Part shown: in pieces, positions 19,986 through 44,149 of the stretch
Position numbering within the stretch: position 1 is the first letter of the stretch
Layout of the letters: each line of letters starts with the position of its first letter
DNA from: Macrostomum lignano
Taxonomy: Eukaryota
DNA length: 64,000 nucleotides
Direction of reading: 5' to 3'
Assembly: GCA_002269645.1 (NCBI GenBank)
Contig: NIVC01000238.1
Span: 1 to 64,000, forward strand
Position numbers and translations under genes: made by a program
Notes under the pieces: model-generated
What the model was told of the DNA's origin: nothing
The model's database searches: none
Seen by the model: the letters and a program-made list of their open reading frames with translations, nothing else

Positions 19986-21533
19986 CAAAGAAATAACGAG
20001 ATGAGTCTTAGCCAAATTTAATTTGTTCCACTAAGAGCTTCTCACAAACAGCAAGAACTGTCAAGAGCAAAATGCCAAACAAGAAAAGGTTATTTTATTT
20101 TAGAGTTGACCCGGATCCCTTTTATACTAAATTTTTGGGGAAGAAGGAATACATTAAAACAAAATTGATGAGTTAAAACAAATTTAGCAAGAATTAAAAC
20201 AAAAAGGGGATAGCATTTAAACAACTAAAGAAATTATTTGATTGGTTGAGAAATTGGTTCGCGCTTAACTACTGTTAGTATAAATTATAGATTAATTAAA
20301 TCCTGCCTCACTATACATATAATAGCCACACATTTACTTTTAATTTAATCATCTATAGAAGTCCATATTGGATAATATTTTAGAGTAGAAAATAGTTTCC
20401 CATTGAAAATAAGCAAAGGAACTGGTTGATGATTAAAATGATTTGTGGGCTCAATGAACATTATATTGTCACTTTCAACAGTACACAAGAAGCTATTGTT
20501 ATGGCAAGAAAATTTTGTCTTTACATTGTTGCAAACAAGAACCCATTTATTTGAAACTTGAATTATATGACATATTAAGGCTATAGAAATACCACTTGGT
20601 GTTAAAGTAGGCAAGCAAAACCGACTATCTTTTGAAGGAATTTTATAGATAAAACCTTGACATTTCAGCTCTTTAGTTGACAAACAAATTGTTCCAATTG
20701 AGTTGACATCTAAATTTAGTTTTTTACATAAGTCACTCTTTAATTTAATTTAATTTAAATTTAATGAGCTCATTAAATGTACTCGTACGTGCAATTATAA
20801 CGAAGATACCTGATTAAAATTGTAATTTCAATCAGCTCAATAGCTGCATGTACGCCCGTATATGTAGCAGAACAGCAGTTTCAGCTTTCTTATCGTCGTC
20901 CAGCGAATTTAAGCTTTCATCGTATATCTACATGTGTAATGCATGTAAAATTTTTACAATATGGATCAGGTCAGTTTACCGATTTACAGGTTTTTTCAAC
21001 AAATTTTTGGCTAATTCATCTATTCTTTTTTTCAGATATACAAACATGCATATAACGCTACTAAGAGTAAGTGAGCCGCAAATTTGCGGTATTTCTTTGA
21101 TTAAATGTCTCACATTGTTCCAAAGTTTTATTAACGAACTATACGACTATTCACTTTGACTAAATATCCTTTTCGTTGGACGAACGTTTTTGGCAGCTCG
21201 GTCATGTCTTAATTACTCGTAGTTAGTTTTTCACCATGAGCTTAAAAGCTTTTCTTTTCATTTTCGTTCTTCTAAAATTTACAAACGCAGACAGTAGCAA
21301 ACTTACGATAATACTGCGACTATCTAGGTAAGCTTCGAACCGAAGCCCCTTTATAATCCGAAAACAATGAAAACTAAACTTCAATGCTTTTGTCATTGTC
21401 CAATCAAATTTGGCCAATCAGCGAACCGCAAGCATTGCTAACGTGGACATAAAGTCGTAACTATAAAAACAGGAGCTGGGACTTGTTAAGAAGGTGTATT
21501 TTTTGTTGGAAATTTAATTTAAAAAATTCAATC

Positions 21534-22293
21534 ATGAATAGCCATTATCCTCTTATAATGCTGCTCTGTGTACCTCTTATTGTTAGAACAGCGACAACTC
21601 GAGTCATGTTCACCACTGCCAAAATGCGGAGCAACTTGGCTCCGGTTGCCATGGAGACTCTGACTATCATCGGCAGGCTGAAATGCGCCGAGCTGTGCAC
21701 TCTGAGATCTGACTGCTATGGCTTCAGCAGGCTGATGCAGGGTCTGTGCAGATTTTTCAACTTCAATGCTTTCCACAATGACGCCTGGATGAGCTCGGAT
21801 GTCTGCGATGTTTACACCGCCAGGAATGGTGAGTTTAAGAGCACGGTGCACATACATGTATGTCGCTATATATGCATGCAGTTGTGCTATACTTTGCATT
21901 CTAGATGCAGTGAAGCTGAGCTTCATCAGCTGCAACCAGAGCTCAGTCCAGATGGATGGAGTTTGCGAGAGAGCATTCGATGGCGATACGAACCAAGACT
22001 ACTATTATCGATCCTGCACCCACACGGCTGACGGTCAGCTGGGCTGGTGGGAGGCTCAGCTGTCCCGACCCGCCTTCGTCTCGCATGTCACAATCTACAA
22101 CCGTCAGGACTGCTGCAGCTACCGACTGAAAAAGCTGTCCCTGCAGGTCGACGGCTCTGAGTGCTACCGACTGAACACAGAGAAATTTTCCGTGGCCACC
22201 TTCCAGTGCAACGCCTTCGGCACCAAATTCGGAATATTCAGTTTGCTGGACAATTCAATCAACATCTGTGAAGCGGAGATCTTTGGATTTTGA
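21534..22293 (+). CDS. Secreted PAN/apple-like + F-type lectin (fucolectin) domain protein, 2 exons (21534-21828, 21905-22293)
   Basis: Hydrophobic N-terminus; CAELC...DCYGF...C PAN-like pattern; a GT-AG intron keeps the frame; canonical fucose-binding motif H-X26-R-X-D-X4-R (HT...RQDCCSYR) and ICEAEIFG end. Confidence 0.85.
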
Positions 22294-23184
22294 GTGCTTT
22301 TTAAAGCAGTAACATTTCAATATCGGTTTAAACAATATTTTACACATAACGACCAAATGGCGTAACTAAAACTTAAATGTAAAATAAATATTGGGCGGGT
22401 TTACTTTTAGTCCGCATATGGTCGAAGTTTCTCTAAAAATAGGATATATAATGCAGTAGGAAGCTCTTTCTATAATCCTCTTTTTGTGTTAATTTTACTA
22501 ATCTTAAAAATTCATTTTATTACATTTTTTCTTAAAATTTATCTATCAAAACCTGTTAATTTAGGAAATAAGAATTTTTTCGTCTCAAATTTTGAACTCT
22601 TAATTCATTTCGCTTTTTTGTCACTGCTTTTGTTGTCGTAACACAATTGCCATTCAATTTTTTATTATATTTTATTGCCTTTTTTAGTTAGTCCTATAGC
22701 TACTTTTACAAAGCTTATCGTGTAGCGTTTGACTGCAATTTTTAGCTTAGTTTCTTAGAATGGTGGCGCGTTTTCATTGTTAAAATCTTAAACTTTTTTT
22801 GTAGACAATAAAATATTTTCTTTTGACAGCTTCTCCGCTATCAATTTAAAACATCATAATAACTTTCATAGCCAGTTCACTGCACCTTAAAGATTAAGAG
22901 GAACTGGAATCAAAAAAGCATTTTTGCTTTTGGTTTTCCATCAAGGCATTGTCATATTGCGAGCTTACTCACATGTTCTATAAGAATACATATTGTTTGA
23001 CTGCAATTCAAACACTACACTTTTAGCTCCGAAATCCGAAATGCAATGACTAAGTGGTAAAATCACGCAGTTTCGTCAGTACTTTGGGGTTTTAGAGAGC
23101 AGGCACGAGCTTGCATAACCATCAGAAGCTCGCGCGCAATTTCATGGAGACTCACAAACATACGAGTAAACGAGCAATGGTAGA

Positions 23185-23267
23185 TTGTATAGTATGCAAC
23201 TGAGTTGAATAATGGCCAAAACTCGAGTGCCTATGGCCATTATTCAACGAAGTTGCATACTATACAA
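23185..23267. repeat. Palindrome, probable Crypton-type terminal structure
   Basis: TTGTATAGTATGCAACT..GTTGAATAATGGCCA / TGGCCATTATTCAAC..AGTTGCATACTATACAA. Confidence 0.6.
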
Positions 23268-24013
23268 GTGCATTGTATTTATACTTTCACTCAGCGCTCA
23301 ATCATTATTCCACACTTTTGCGGCCATTATTCCACACTTTTGTCGCTGTCATTACTCCACACTTTTTATCATGCTTCAATTGGCTGTTTTAAGAGTTGTT
23401 TTACCCATAGACGACTGAGTTGTGTGGCTTAGATTGACCATAGACAACACTGTGATGAGTGCTGATTTTGCTTGCGTCTTGCAAGAAATCAGGAAAGCGA
23501 GTAGTGAGAGAAAAAGCTATTTGTCTTGTCAAACAACTATGGCTGGTGCGTCTCGTCAAACAACCGCGCTTATTAATTGAAAAAATCTTCCTGTCGAAGA
23601 CTGAACGAACCGTGCGGCGCTACCTAGGAAGAAAACGTGACCATGCAGTCTTCAACGCCTCGACGGCTATAAGCGATGTCTCAAAGCGGCCAATCGATTC
23701 AGTCGAGCAGCCGACAGTCCCAAAGAATCCCAGCTTGGATACTGCGGTACCAAAGAAGCTCATCAGTCGCAAGCCAACTTAACCAAGACGTGCATCTTTC
23801 AAATGGTAAGTTCGGTAACTATACTTGAGCACCTGTATTTCTCTTTCATAGAAAACATTCAACATAGACCAACTCCTTTTGCAGTGCCAAATCATCAGGC
23901 TAAAGTGAAACTGCGGCTTTGAGAACTGTGCATGTTTCACTTTGGGTGACAAATTGATTTTTACATTGTCAAATTTCGACTACAAACTGATAAACTGCAC
24001 TAGCTGTGACATT

Positions 24014-26081
24014 TATTGTCCCATGACTGAGCGTGCGTTTTTTGTTCAAAAAGCGTGCATTAATCTTACAGTCTATGGCCCAACCCTATGCGGCGTAGCC
24101 AAAAAAGCGTGCAGATAATGAAAAAAGCGTGCAGATAATGAAAAAAGCGTGCAGATAATGAAAAAGCGTGCAGATAATAGCGTACAGCGCCACAAAAAAA
24201 CAGCAGTTTGCAAGCAACGTTTATTAAAACAAAGGGGAAAAACACAGCAGAATTTAACACCGATGCATAGAAACAAAAAGTCAGCAGTAAAACAGATGAC
24301 AGCAGAAAGGTCGACGAAGATCTTAGATGCGTCCAAACGTGCAGCTGGTGACGGGACCACTGAAATTAAATACAACCTGCGGTACAGGCCCAGTAGTATT
24401 GGTGGTTGGGGGCTCCGCGATCACACGAGCAGCAGGATCGTCCGTATTCGCCACGGCCCGTCGCGGGACCTTGCACGGAAGCGCCAAAACCTCCTTATCG
24501 ACGCAGGCCACCTGGTTCGCGTGCATCGCCGTGTTCAACGACGAGCACATGTCCTGCATCTCGCCAACGCGGCGTGACCCGAATCGAAGGTACCGCTCGA
24601 CAGAGGCCGTGGCCTTGTGCCCCGTGACCTTGCAAATGTCGGATACTGAATGGCCGGCCACGGAGAGCTCCTTGATGACGATGGACCAAACGCAGTGCGC
24701 AGTGTAGCGCCGGCTCAAGCTGGCTGCCTCGCAAATGCGTGGGAAGAGCTCGGCAAAGCCATTAATGCCAATAGGCTGCTTGGGCGAAAACCACGTCCCC
24801 TTCTCGAAACCACTAACCTTCGGCTTCAGGAAGAACGCCACGTCATCGGACGCCTTTTCGCCACAAGATGAAGAGCTAGGAATTGACGCACTTCTCTTCA
24901 GGAGGTAAAGTCGGAGGCACTCGACCGGGCACCTCACAGGAGACTCGGTCATCACAGCCTCCTTGACATTGTCGCTAGCGGCACGGCCCAAGTCCCTGGC
25001 GATATTCTTCACCCGCTTCTCTCGAAGGCGAACGATCTCGCGACCGTCGGGGGCCTTGTCGAACTCGAAGCTGTCCACCCGCAAATCCCTCAACCAATCT
25101 CGACCACGGGTGCCGAAGTAGAAGACGACGTTGTAGTACGTCTCATGCAGAAGGCGAGTGGGAGTGCTCTGGTCGAAGTAGTCACCCAGTTTCTGTAGGT
25201 CCGATGGCTCCATGGCCTGGAAGTGGTCCACGCGGCCACCGCGGGCAAAGAAAAGACGCCCACCGGCCTTCAGCATTTGATTTGCAGAGTAGAATCGACC
25301 ATCGGAAATGATGTTGATGCCCCGGTTCTTCATCAGGTAGCGGAACAAGGCAGCGCGAATGCACACGAGGCTGCTAGGAGCATACGGCTGGCCATCAGTC
25401 TTGCGAAGTGCCGTAAAAGTAGCGCAGGCCAACGCTCAGCTCCTCAGGTTGCGAGGTGTCCAAATCGACGCGCAGGTGCGGATACTTGGCCAAGAAATCG
25501 CGAAATTTCGCGACGTATTGAGCCTCATGCTTCTTAGACGATTTTACATCGGTCTCTTGCTCCAGCGCCCGGATTGATGCGTCAAGTTCGATCGAGGCCG
25601 TTCGTCGTCGTCGTTCAAATCAGGGATGGAGTCGAATAGGCGGTTCAGCTCCTCGTTGTCGTCCACACTAGTTGTTTGGAGACGTAACTGCTCGTCCACA
25701 AGCTTCTCAACGTCGGCCCACTCCAAATGGTGGGAGATCTCACCGGCCGTCATGCTGCTTCTCATGCCGTTAGGAAATAATGAATCCATATGGGGCCAAA
25801 CTCACGATCAGAAGCTTGTGCATAGCAAGAAATTGTTTATGGTCACTAAGAAAATGTCTATGGTAGGAACTCCTAGCTGCAGGAACAAAAAGCGTGCAGA
25901 TAATAAAGTACAGTGCTGTGACGAAGAATTTTTTCAACGCACGCTCAGTCATGGGACAATATGCCTACTACTAGGCTTACTCGTGCGATAATAGTCTATG
26001 GCACTCGTGCGCTTCGCGTACGTGCTTCGCTTCGCGCACTCGAGCCAAGACTATTATCGCACTCGAAAGCCTAGTAGTAAT
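24014..26081 (-). mobile_element. Crypton-type DNA transposon (tyrosine recombinase), decayed
   Basis: Perfect 26-bp inverted repeats at 24014-24039 and 25936-25961; AAAAAGCGTGCAGATAAT repeats at both ends; palindrome at 25964-26081; YR ORF inside. Confidence 0.8.
24323..25789 (-). pseudogene. Crypton tyrosine recombinase (DUF3504 / KCTD1-ZMYM-like), two frameshifts, catalytic HxxR changed to HxxW
   Basis: LRYFY/ALRKTDGQPYAPSSLVCIRAALFRYL, FYFGTRGR, RCPVECLRLYL, PIGIN, YTAHCVW, VTGHKATASVERY. Confidence 0.85.
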
Positions 26082-28153
26082 CTTACATTATGAACTCTTT
26101 TCGTGTAGCTGGTACTTTAGTTTTAATGATTTTCCTTTTAGTTCATTTACTTCTTGTTGTTCTGTATTTATTAACAAAAATACTGAGCGATGGATTTTTT
26201 CAATCCAAATGTCTATGGTACACATCAAAATTGATTCAAAACTGTGGAATAATGGCTAAAATATTTTGTTATTGCGTCTGGGTAAAAGTATAATTACAAT
26301 GACGAAAGTACATAGCGATTAAGTACATGCATACATAAAATGTAATTCTAGTCAGCACAGCAAAGTTGTAATGCTTCAGGGTCAGGAACTCCACTGGTTG
26401 AATCTGTCATATATTTTACCAGTAATCTAACTGCATAAATGATATGATTCTCGTACCCTGACAATCATTCAGTATCAACCTAACTGTACAGTTATGTTTA
26501 AGGCTACTTGTGTAAATCAATTTCGAACTTGTAACTTGTAACTTTGTCAGCTCGGCTTCTTTAAACTTTACGACATGCCAATGATCGCGCCAGTGTAAGG
26601 CGTTCCTATGAAACTGCGTGCTTTGGAAGGCACCAGCGAAGGGACAGCGAAACCAGACGACAGCGGGAATAGCGAAGACAAAAAAATACTGGCCTGTGCC
26701 CTTCAACCTAATTTTTCTATTTTTAACTTATTTTGTTTAGCCGCCATATAGAGAATTAAATCTATTAATCTATAAATCTATTAAAACTATCTAAATTGAG
26801 TTAACTTGAATAATAATAAGAGAGACGTGAGTCTGGCGCAGGGCCCAAACCGATTTATTTAGGGCATTTATTTTGGGCTTTGAGTGCAATTGGATTTAGA
26901 CGAAGAGGGGTGAAGTGCACGACTGAGGAAAGAGGCAAGAATGGAGAGCCAATCAGAAGCCAGGGGAGAGAGATACGAATAACAAAATTGAACCAGAGAC
27001 AGAGAGAAAACAGAATAAACAGAGACGAGTGAAGGTGAAATAGGAAATGCTTAAAAAATTCACGACACGCTTTAAACTCAACAAGGGACCGAACCGGAAT
27101 TTAGCGACTTATAGTTTAAGCAAAAAGGAAGTAAAATGAAAGGAAGCCACAACCGCGATGAAACAATGACCTGAATTTTTCATTGGTTTGTTTAACTCAA
27201 AGCTGGAGCGTCGTGTAATCTCTTTTTGTGTCTTTCAGAGCTGCATAGAGAACGACGAATTGTACCTGGAATCGGCGTCTTAGAAGGTTATAATGAGTGG
27301 CTAGACAATATTCAGGGGCAGTCTAAAGCACCTTCTTCATAGACAAGTCGACTCTTTTTGTCGACTTTAGTGGTCATACTGTGTTAGAAAAAGAAATCAA
27401 GTATTCCTTTTGATGGGGGACATGTCAAAAGCTACGGGAGACATGCCATTTCCTTGTCCCCCCACACCACCGTGTGACCCGTTGTGGAAATCAATAATTT
27501 TGCTTCAGGGTGCCAAAATATAAAGCGTTTTACTGGCCTCTAAAAGAAGTGTAAATGTTTATCACCAACAATTTTTTTGAATCTTGGCTTGAAGCTATAG
27601 CTTTTTTTAAATTAGTTTCAGTTTCTGCTGGATGTGTTCCGAACCGAATATCCTGACTTTGTAACAAGAATTGTCTCTAGAATAATGAATGTTTTTTTAG
27701 GTTTTGTAGAAAAATACAAAACAATTTTCAGGTTCTTCTTAAGCATTACGGATCTTAGTTAAAATATACTGCCGGCATATAATTGGCGCACTCGACAAGC
27801 TTGCTTCTTACTTGAAACCCCAGATAAGGGAGGTGTCATTTTGCTAAGACCGAGAAACAGCTGCGCACTCATATCTCGTACCCTCGTAGCTACTGCCAAG
27901 TATACCAAGTATGCCAAGTATCAAGCACCGGTGCATTTACCATGTGCAATGGAGTCGACAGTACGCAAACCGGGCAGTGTACACTCTAGCCTCTTTTTCT
28001 CTCTCTTATCTTGACTGTTTTTCCGTCGTTGCTTTATGCTCAACTTTTTTCTTTCTTTCTTACCGAAAATTTCATCCTCATCTTACACATAAAATGAATT
28101 GCAGTAGAGACAGAAGCGAAGCGACGCACAGAAAACAACATACGTCTTTCGAA

Positions 28154-30399
28154 ATGAAAACTGTAGCCAGTATTATTGCTGTGCTGTTGACGCTGTGTAG
28201 TCGACCTGGTAAGAAAAACATTTAGATTGCTGTTTTGCTTGATTAACAAGGAAACATAACAGCTTGTTAGCTGCGATTAGTCAAATTTAGTATTCCTTGT
28301 CTAATCTTTTGTGAGTGTAAAATTCAATAGACGGTTTTGAATCCTTAAATATTTGCTGCACATTTACTTATTTGAAGTACATTTTACCTTATGAGAGTTT
28401 ATCGATGCTTCAATGTGGAAATTTCTCCCTTCTGCCAAAAATCTGGAAGGGGCAAAGTAGCTAAACAGGGTAACGCGTGTGATTCTCGCGCTGTACGAAC
28501 TACATCAATTTTTGGACTTGTATTGTACCCAAACACCTAAATTCCCACCATGTAAACTCTGTCAGGGCTGTTTTACAAGGACCATGCATTATTGTTGGTT
28601 GTTGTGTTTAGTTGTCCGAAGAATAAGCATGATGGCAATTGTTTCCTCGTTGGCTGCGGGTCGAGCATAGCCTATATGAGCTAATCAGCGCTCAGAGCCC
28701 CCTGCACACTTGCGTATCAATCTAATAAACGCCAAAGGGGCTTCGTCAACTCTCAGTCGTATCTCTCTGCTTTAGTCTACACTTTTACTAACGTAAAGCC
28801 GACATTTTGACTTATTTTTAGCGTCGAGCAGCGAAGAGCCGAAGCTATTCGGAGTTCTGTCGCCAGCAGATCCACAGCAGTATATGCTGTTCTTCTCAAC
28901 CATGAGCGAGTATCAGAAGCTCGGTGCGACTCAGCTTGTGTACTTTCTAAGCATTGGTGGATCCGAAAAATATCAGCTATTTAATCCATCAGAGGTGATT
29001 AATTCTCACAAAATTCAGTAGTGCAGGTCTGTTTTCTAATAAATACACACGTTTTACGTCCTTAATTTGCACCGATTTTATCCTCAGGCCACCTGCATAG
29101 CCAGCTCCAGTTACTGCTACATGACGGGGAAACTGCCGTCAGACATTTCGCCCAAAGTGTGTCACATTGGAATCACGGTAAAAATGGACATTTATCGATT
29201 TTTTCATTTACACCATCAGTATAATTATAGCTTCAGTATTTTATCTTTTTTATAAATTTTTACAGCTTCGAATTAATCAGATCGACCACGACAGCTGCTT
29301 GGCGGATGTCTGTCCAAATATTCACTCTACTGACGAGTGCCAGCTTCGAGGTGAGACTCGAATTATTTGTCTTTTCACGTGGGTGGCTTGACCTTGTATT
29401 TACCTGTACCTCAGAATCCACATAAACCTCATAAACCCCTAGAACACATTTCATACATGAACACATTCAATCCTGCCGCAGATCCCACCCGATTGTTTAC
29501 AATCCACCTAACAGTCCAACCATCTACTAGTACTTCAAAATCCATCTCATCACTTAGAATCTGTCCAGATAAAGCACATTATTTCAGAATCCCAGCATGA
29601 AGGCGCAGAGTAGCCTAGTGCTAAAAACGTCTGAACCCGTGGTTTGACTGCGATTAAAAGACAGCCGCTGTACACCCTGTGTGAGCGTGTGCATGAGTGC
29701 GGGCCTGCGTACAGTATTGGTGCACTTGTATGTGCTCAGTTGAAATAGTTGGCGGCTGGTTTTTTCTAGTGCTCCCTAGAATTTATAATTGAACGTAGAA
29801 GAAAGCTGGTTTTTTTCAGCATCCATTTTCACTATTTCCTGCATGATTTGGCCACTTTCCCGTCTAGTGTTTTAGTAGTCCCTGGGTGCCCACAGCATTC
29901 CTGCAATTCATATTATTATCATCCCAGTATTCCGCCCAAATCCGCCCACACCCCTGCAGTGCACGCAGACACCAGGGAGTGCAGCCAGCAGCCCTGGCCC
30001 TTCGAGCCGTGTCCGTATCCCCCATCGGTCTCCGAGTTTCTGCCGAAGAGCCAGCAATACAACAAGAGCAGCAGCAAAAATTCAACTGAAATTAGAAAAG
30101 AAGCGCAAGACTCCAGCAAATCGCTTGTTCTAATAGGCAGTTTCAGCGTATTCTTTATAGCGATTGGGCTCACCATCGGACTGCTGATATCGGTTCTGAG
30201 ACGCCCACACGTGACGGTCTTGTACTTAATTGAGCCTTGCGACAGCGACTGGCAAAGACTGTTGAAGCCGCCACCCAAAAGACAGCTGGAGCGTATCAAG
30301 CGGATGCCAGGACATTCCTTCAGCTCTGTGGCAGCCGGCATTAAAGAGTTAAGCATGAGAAACTGGAAAACCGCTCCTGCACTGAGAACAGCTGATTAA
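28154..30399 (+). CDS. Uncharacterised type-I membrane protein (~280 aa), 5 exons: 28154-28208, 28822-28994, 29088-29177, 29266-29350, 29960-30399
   Basis: Signal peptide MKTVASIIAVLLTLC; all four GT-AG junctions keep the frame; Cys-rich ectodomain; TM helix LVLIGSFSVFFIAIGLTIGLLISVL followed by RR. Confidence 0.65.
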
Positions 30400-31751
30400 G
30401 GGATTTCAACTGCTGAATTTTCCTGTTTGACAGTTTATTGTTTGATAATCAGCTTTCCCTGTTTTAGACTCATCAGCTGTTTAGTATGCCAAATGACTAA
30501 ACGAATGTGCACTTTACTTGTCTCTGTTAGGCACACCGAGTGCTAGAGCGCACCCATAAACAGCGCTGTCCCATCTCGGTTGTCATGACTTTTGTGACCT
30601 CTTCTGCAGGGGAAGTAATACATTTTAGAACCTGCGAATCATCTCAAACGCACTTTTAGCGCTTTAATGGATCTAGACTATCGGGGCTACAAATCTTCTT
30701 TTATTGCTCCCGTGTGAGTTTTCTATTTGACTGATTTATTTTTATTGTCTTTGTATGCTATGGGTGCTGACAGAAAACATAAAAATATGAAAGCAATAGC
30801 TTAAGTAATATTAAAGTTAATTTGTGATTTATTCATTTTTTTGGATTTTTTGTTTTAACTGATCCAGCTAATTTATGGCACCTAAATGAGTAATAATTGA
30901 CATTGAGGCTCTTCACGGCAATCAATTCCAGAACCAGAATCGGTTCGGATTTCCAAGAAAAAAAGCAGTATAACTTTTTAACTTTGTTGAATGTTTGACT
31001 GCCTTAACAGCTTCACTTTGCACAATTTTTCACTTTCTTCTTGGCTATTGCCATCCAATAATCACAATTTCAAAGCACTAATATCCCTCTAGTTAGGAGA
31101 CAAAAATTTATACTTTACAAATTGGTTCTTGTTCTAGAACCAGAACAAGCAATATGAAGAGCCTCATTATTGATACTAGTCAATATATTCAAAATGACAA
31201 TAAGAATTTCACCGAAAAAATAACGAAAAGTCACAACTTGATTCGTAAAAAATACTGTAATATTCAACTTAGTCTTTGAAGTATAATAAATGAAAACTTT
31301 ATTTTGATATAGAAACTACTCGAAAAAAATCGCTTAGTAATTAAATTTTCAACAAAATAATTTTAACTTGTTTACACAGCTTTCAATTAACAAACGGAAA
31401 GTTTTCATAGCCAACACAGTACTGTACTCGTACTAAGACCCATTGTTACGGAAAGTCATAGCCCTTATTGATAGAATTTTAATTCATCAGCTCCTGCTTC
31501 CTTTGCTGGTTAAATGTCTACTTTTGCAGCCCAAAGACCACCCACTGGCAGCGAACTAATATAGTACTTTTATAGTATAGATCACACAATGGCTTCGGCA
31601 GTTTCAGCAAGTTAAATTTACACGTACATCTGAAGAATATAAAGCACGGAGTCAACTTTGTTTTAAAATTAATAAAGTTTCACCTCACACAGTAGCGGTT
31701 ACTTGTGAGTCTTGTCAGGTCAGTAGAAGTCCGCCGTCTTCTGCTCTTCAG

Positions 31752-44149
<12,398 letters not shown>

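Noticed and set aside
19480-20700. Possible LTR-retroelement remnant (PBS-like TGGCGTTTTCCGAGG at ~19678; AT-rich ORF 20345..20683)
   Set aside because: No second LTR, TSD or recognisable gag/pol/env motif was found.
23459-23782. 107-aa ORF next to the Crypton
   Set aside because: Non-ATG start, no recognisable motif, no splice support.
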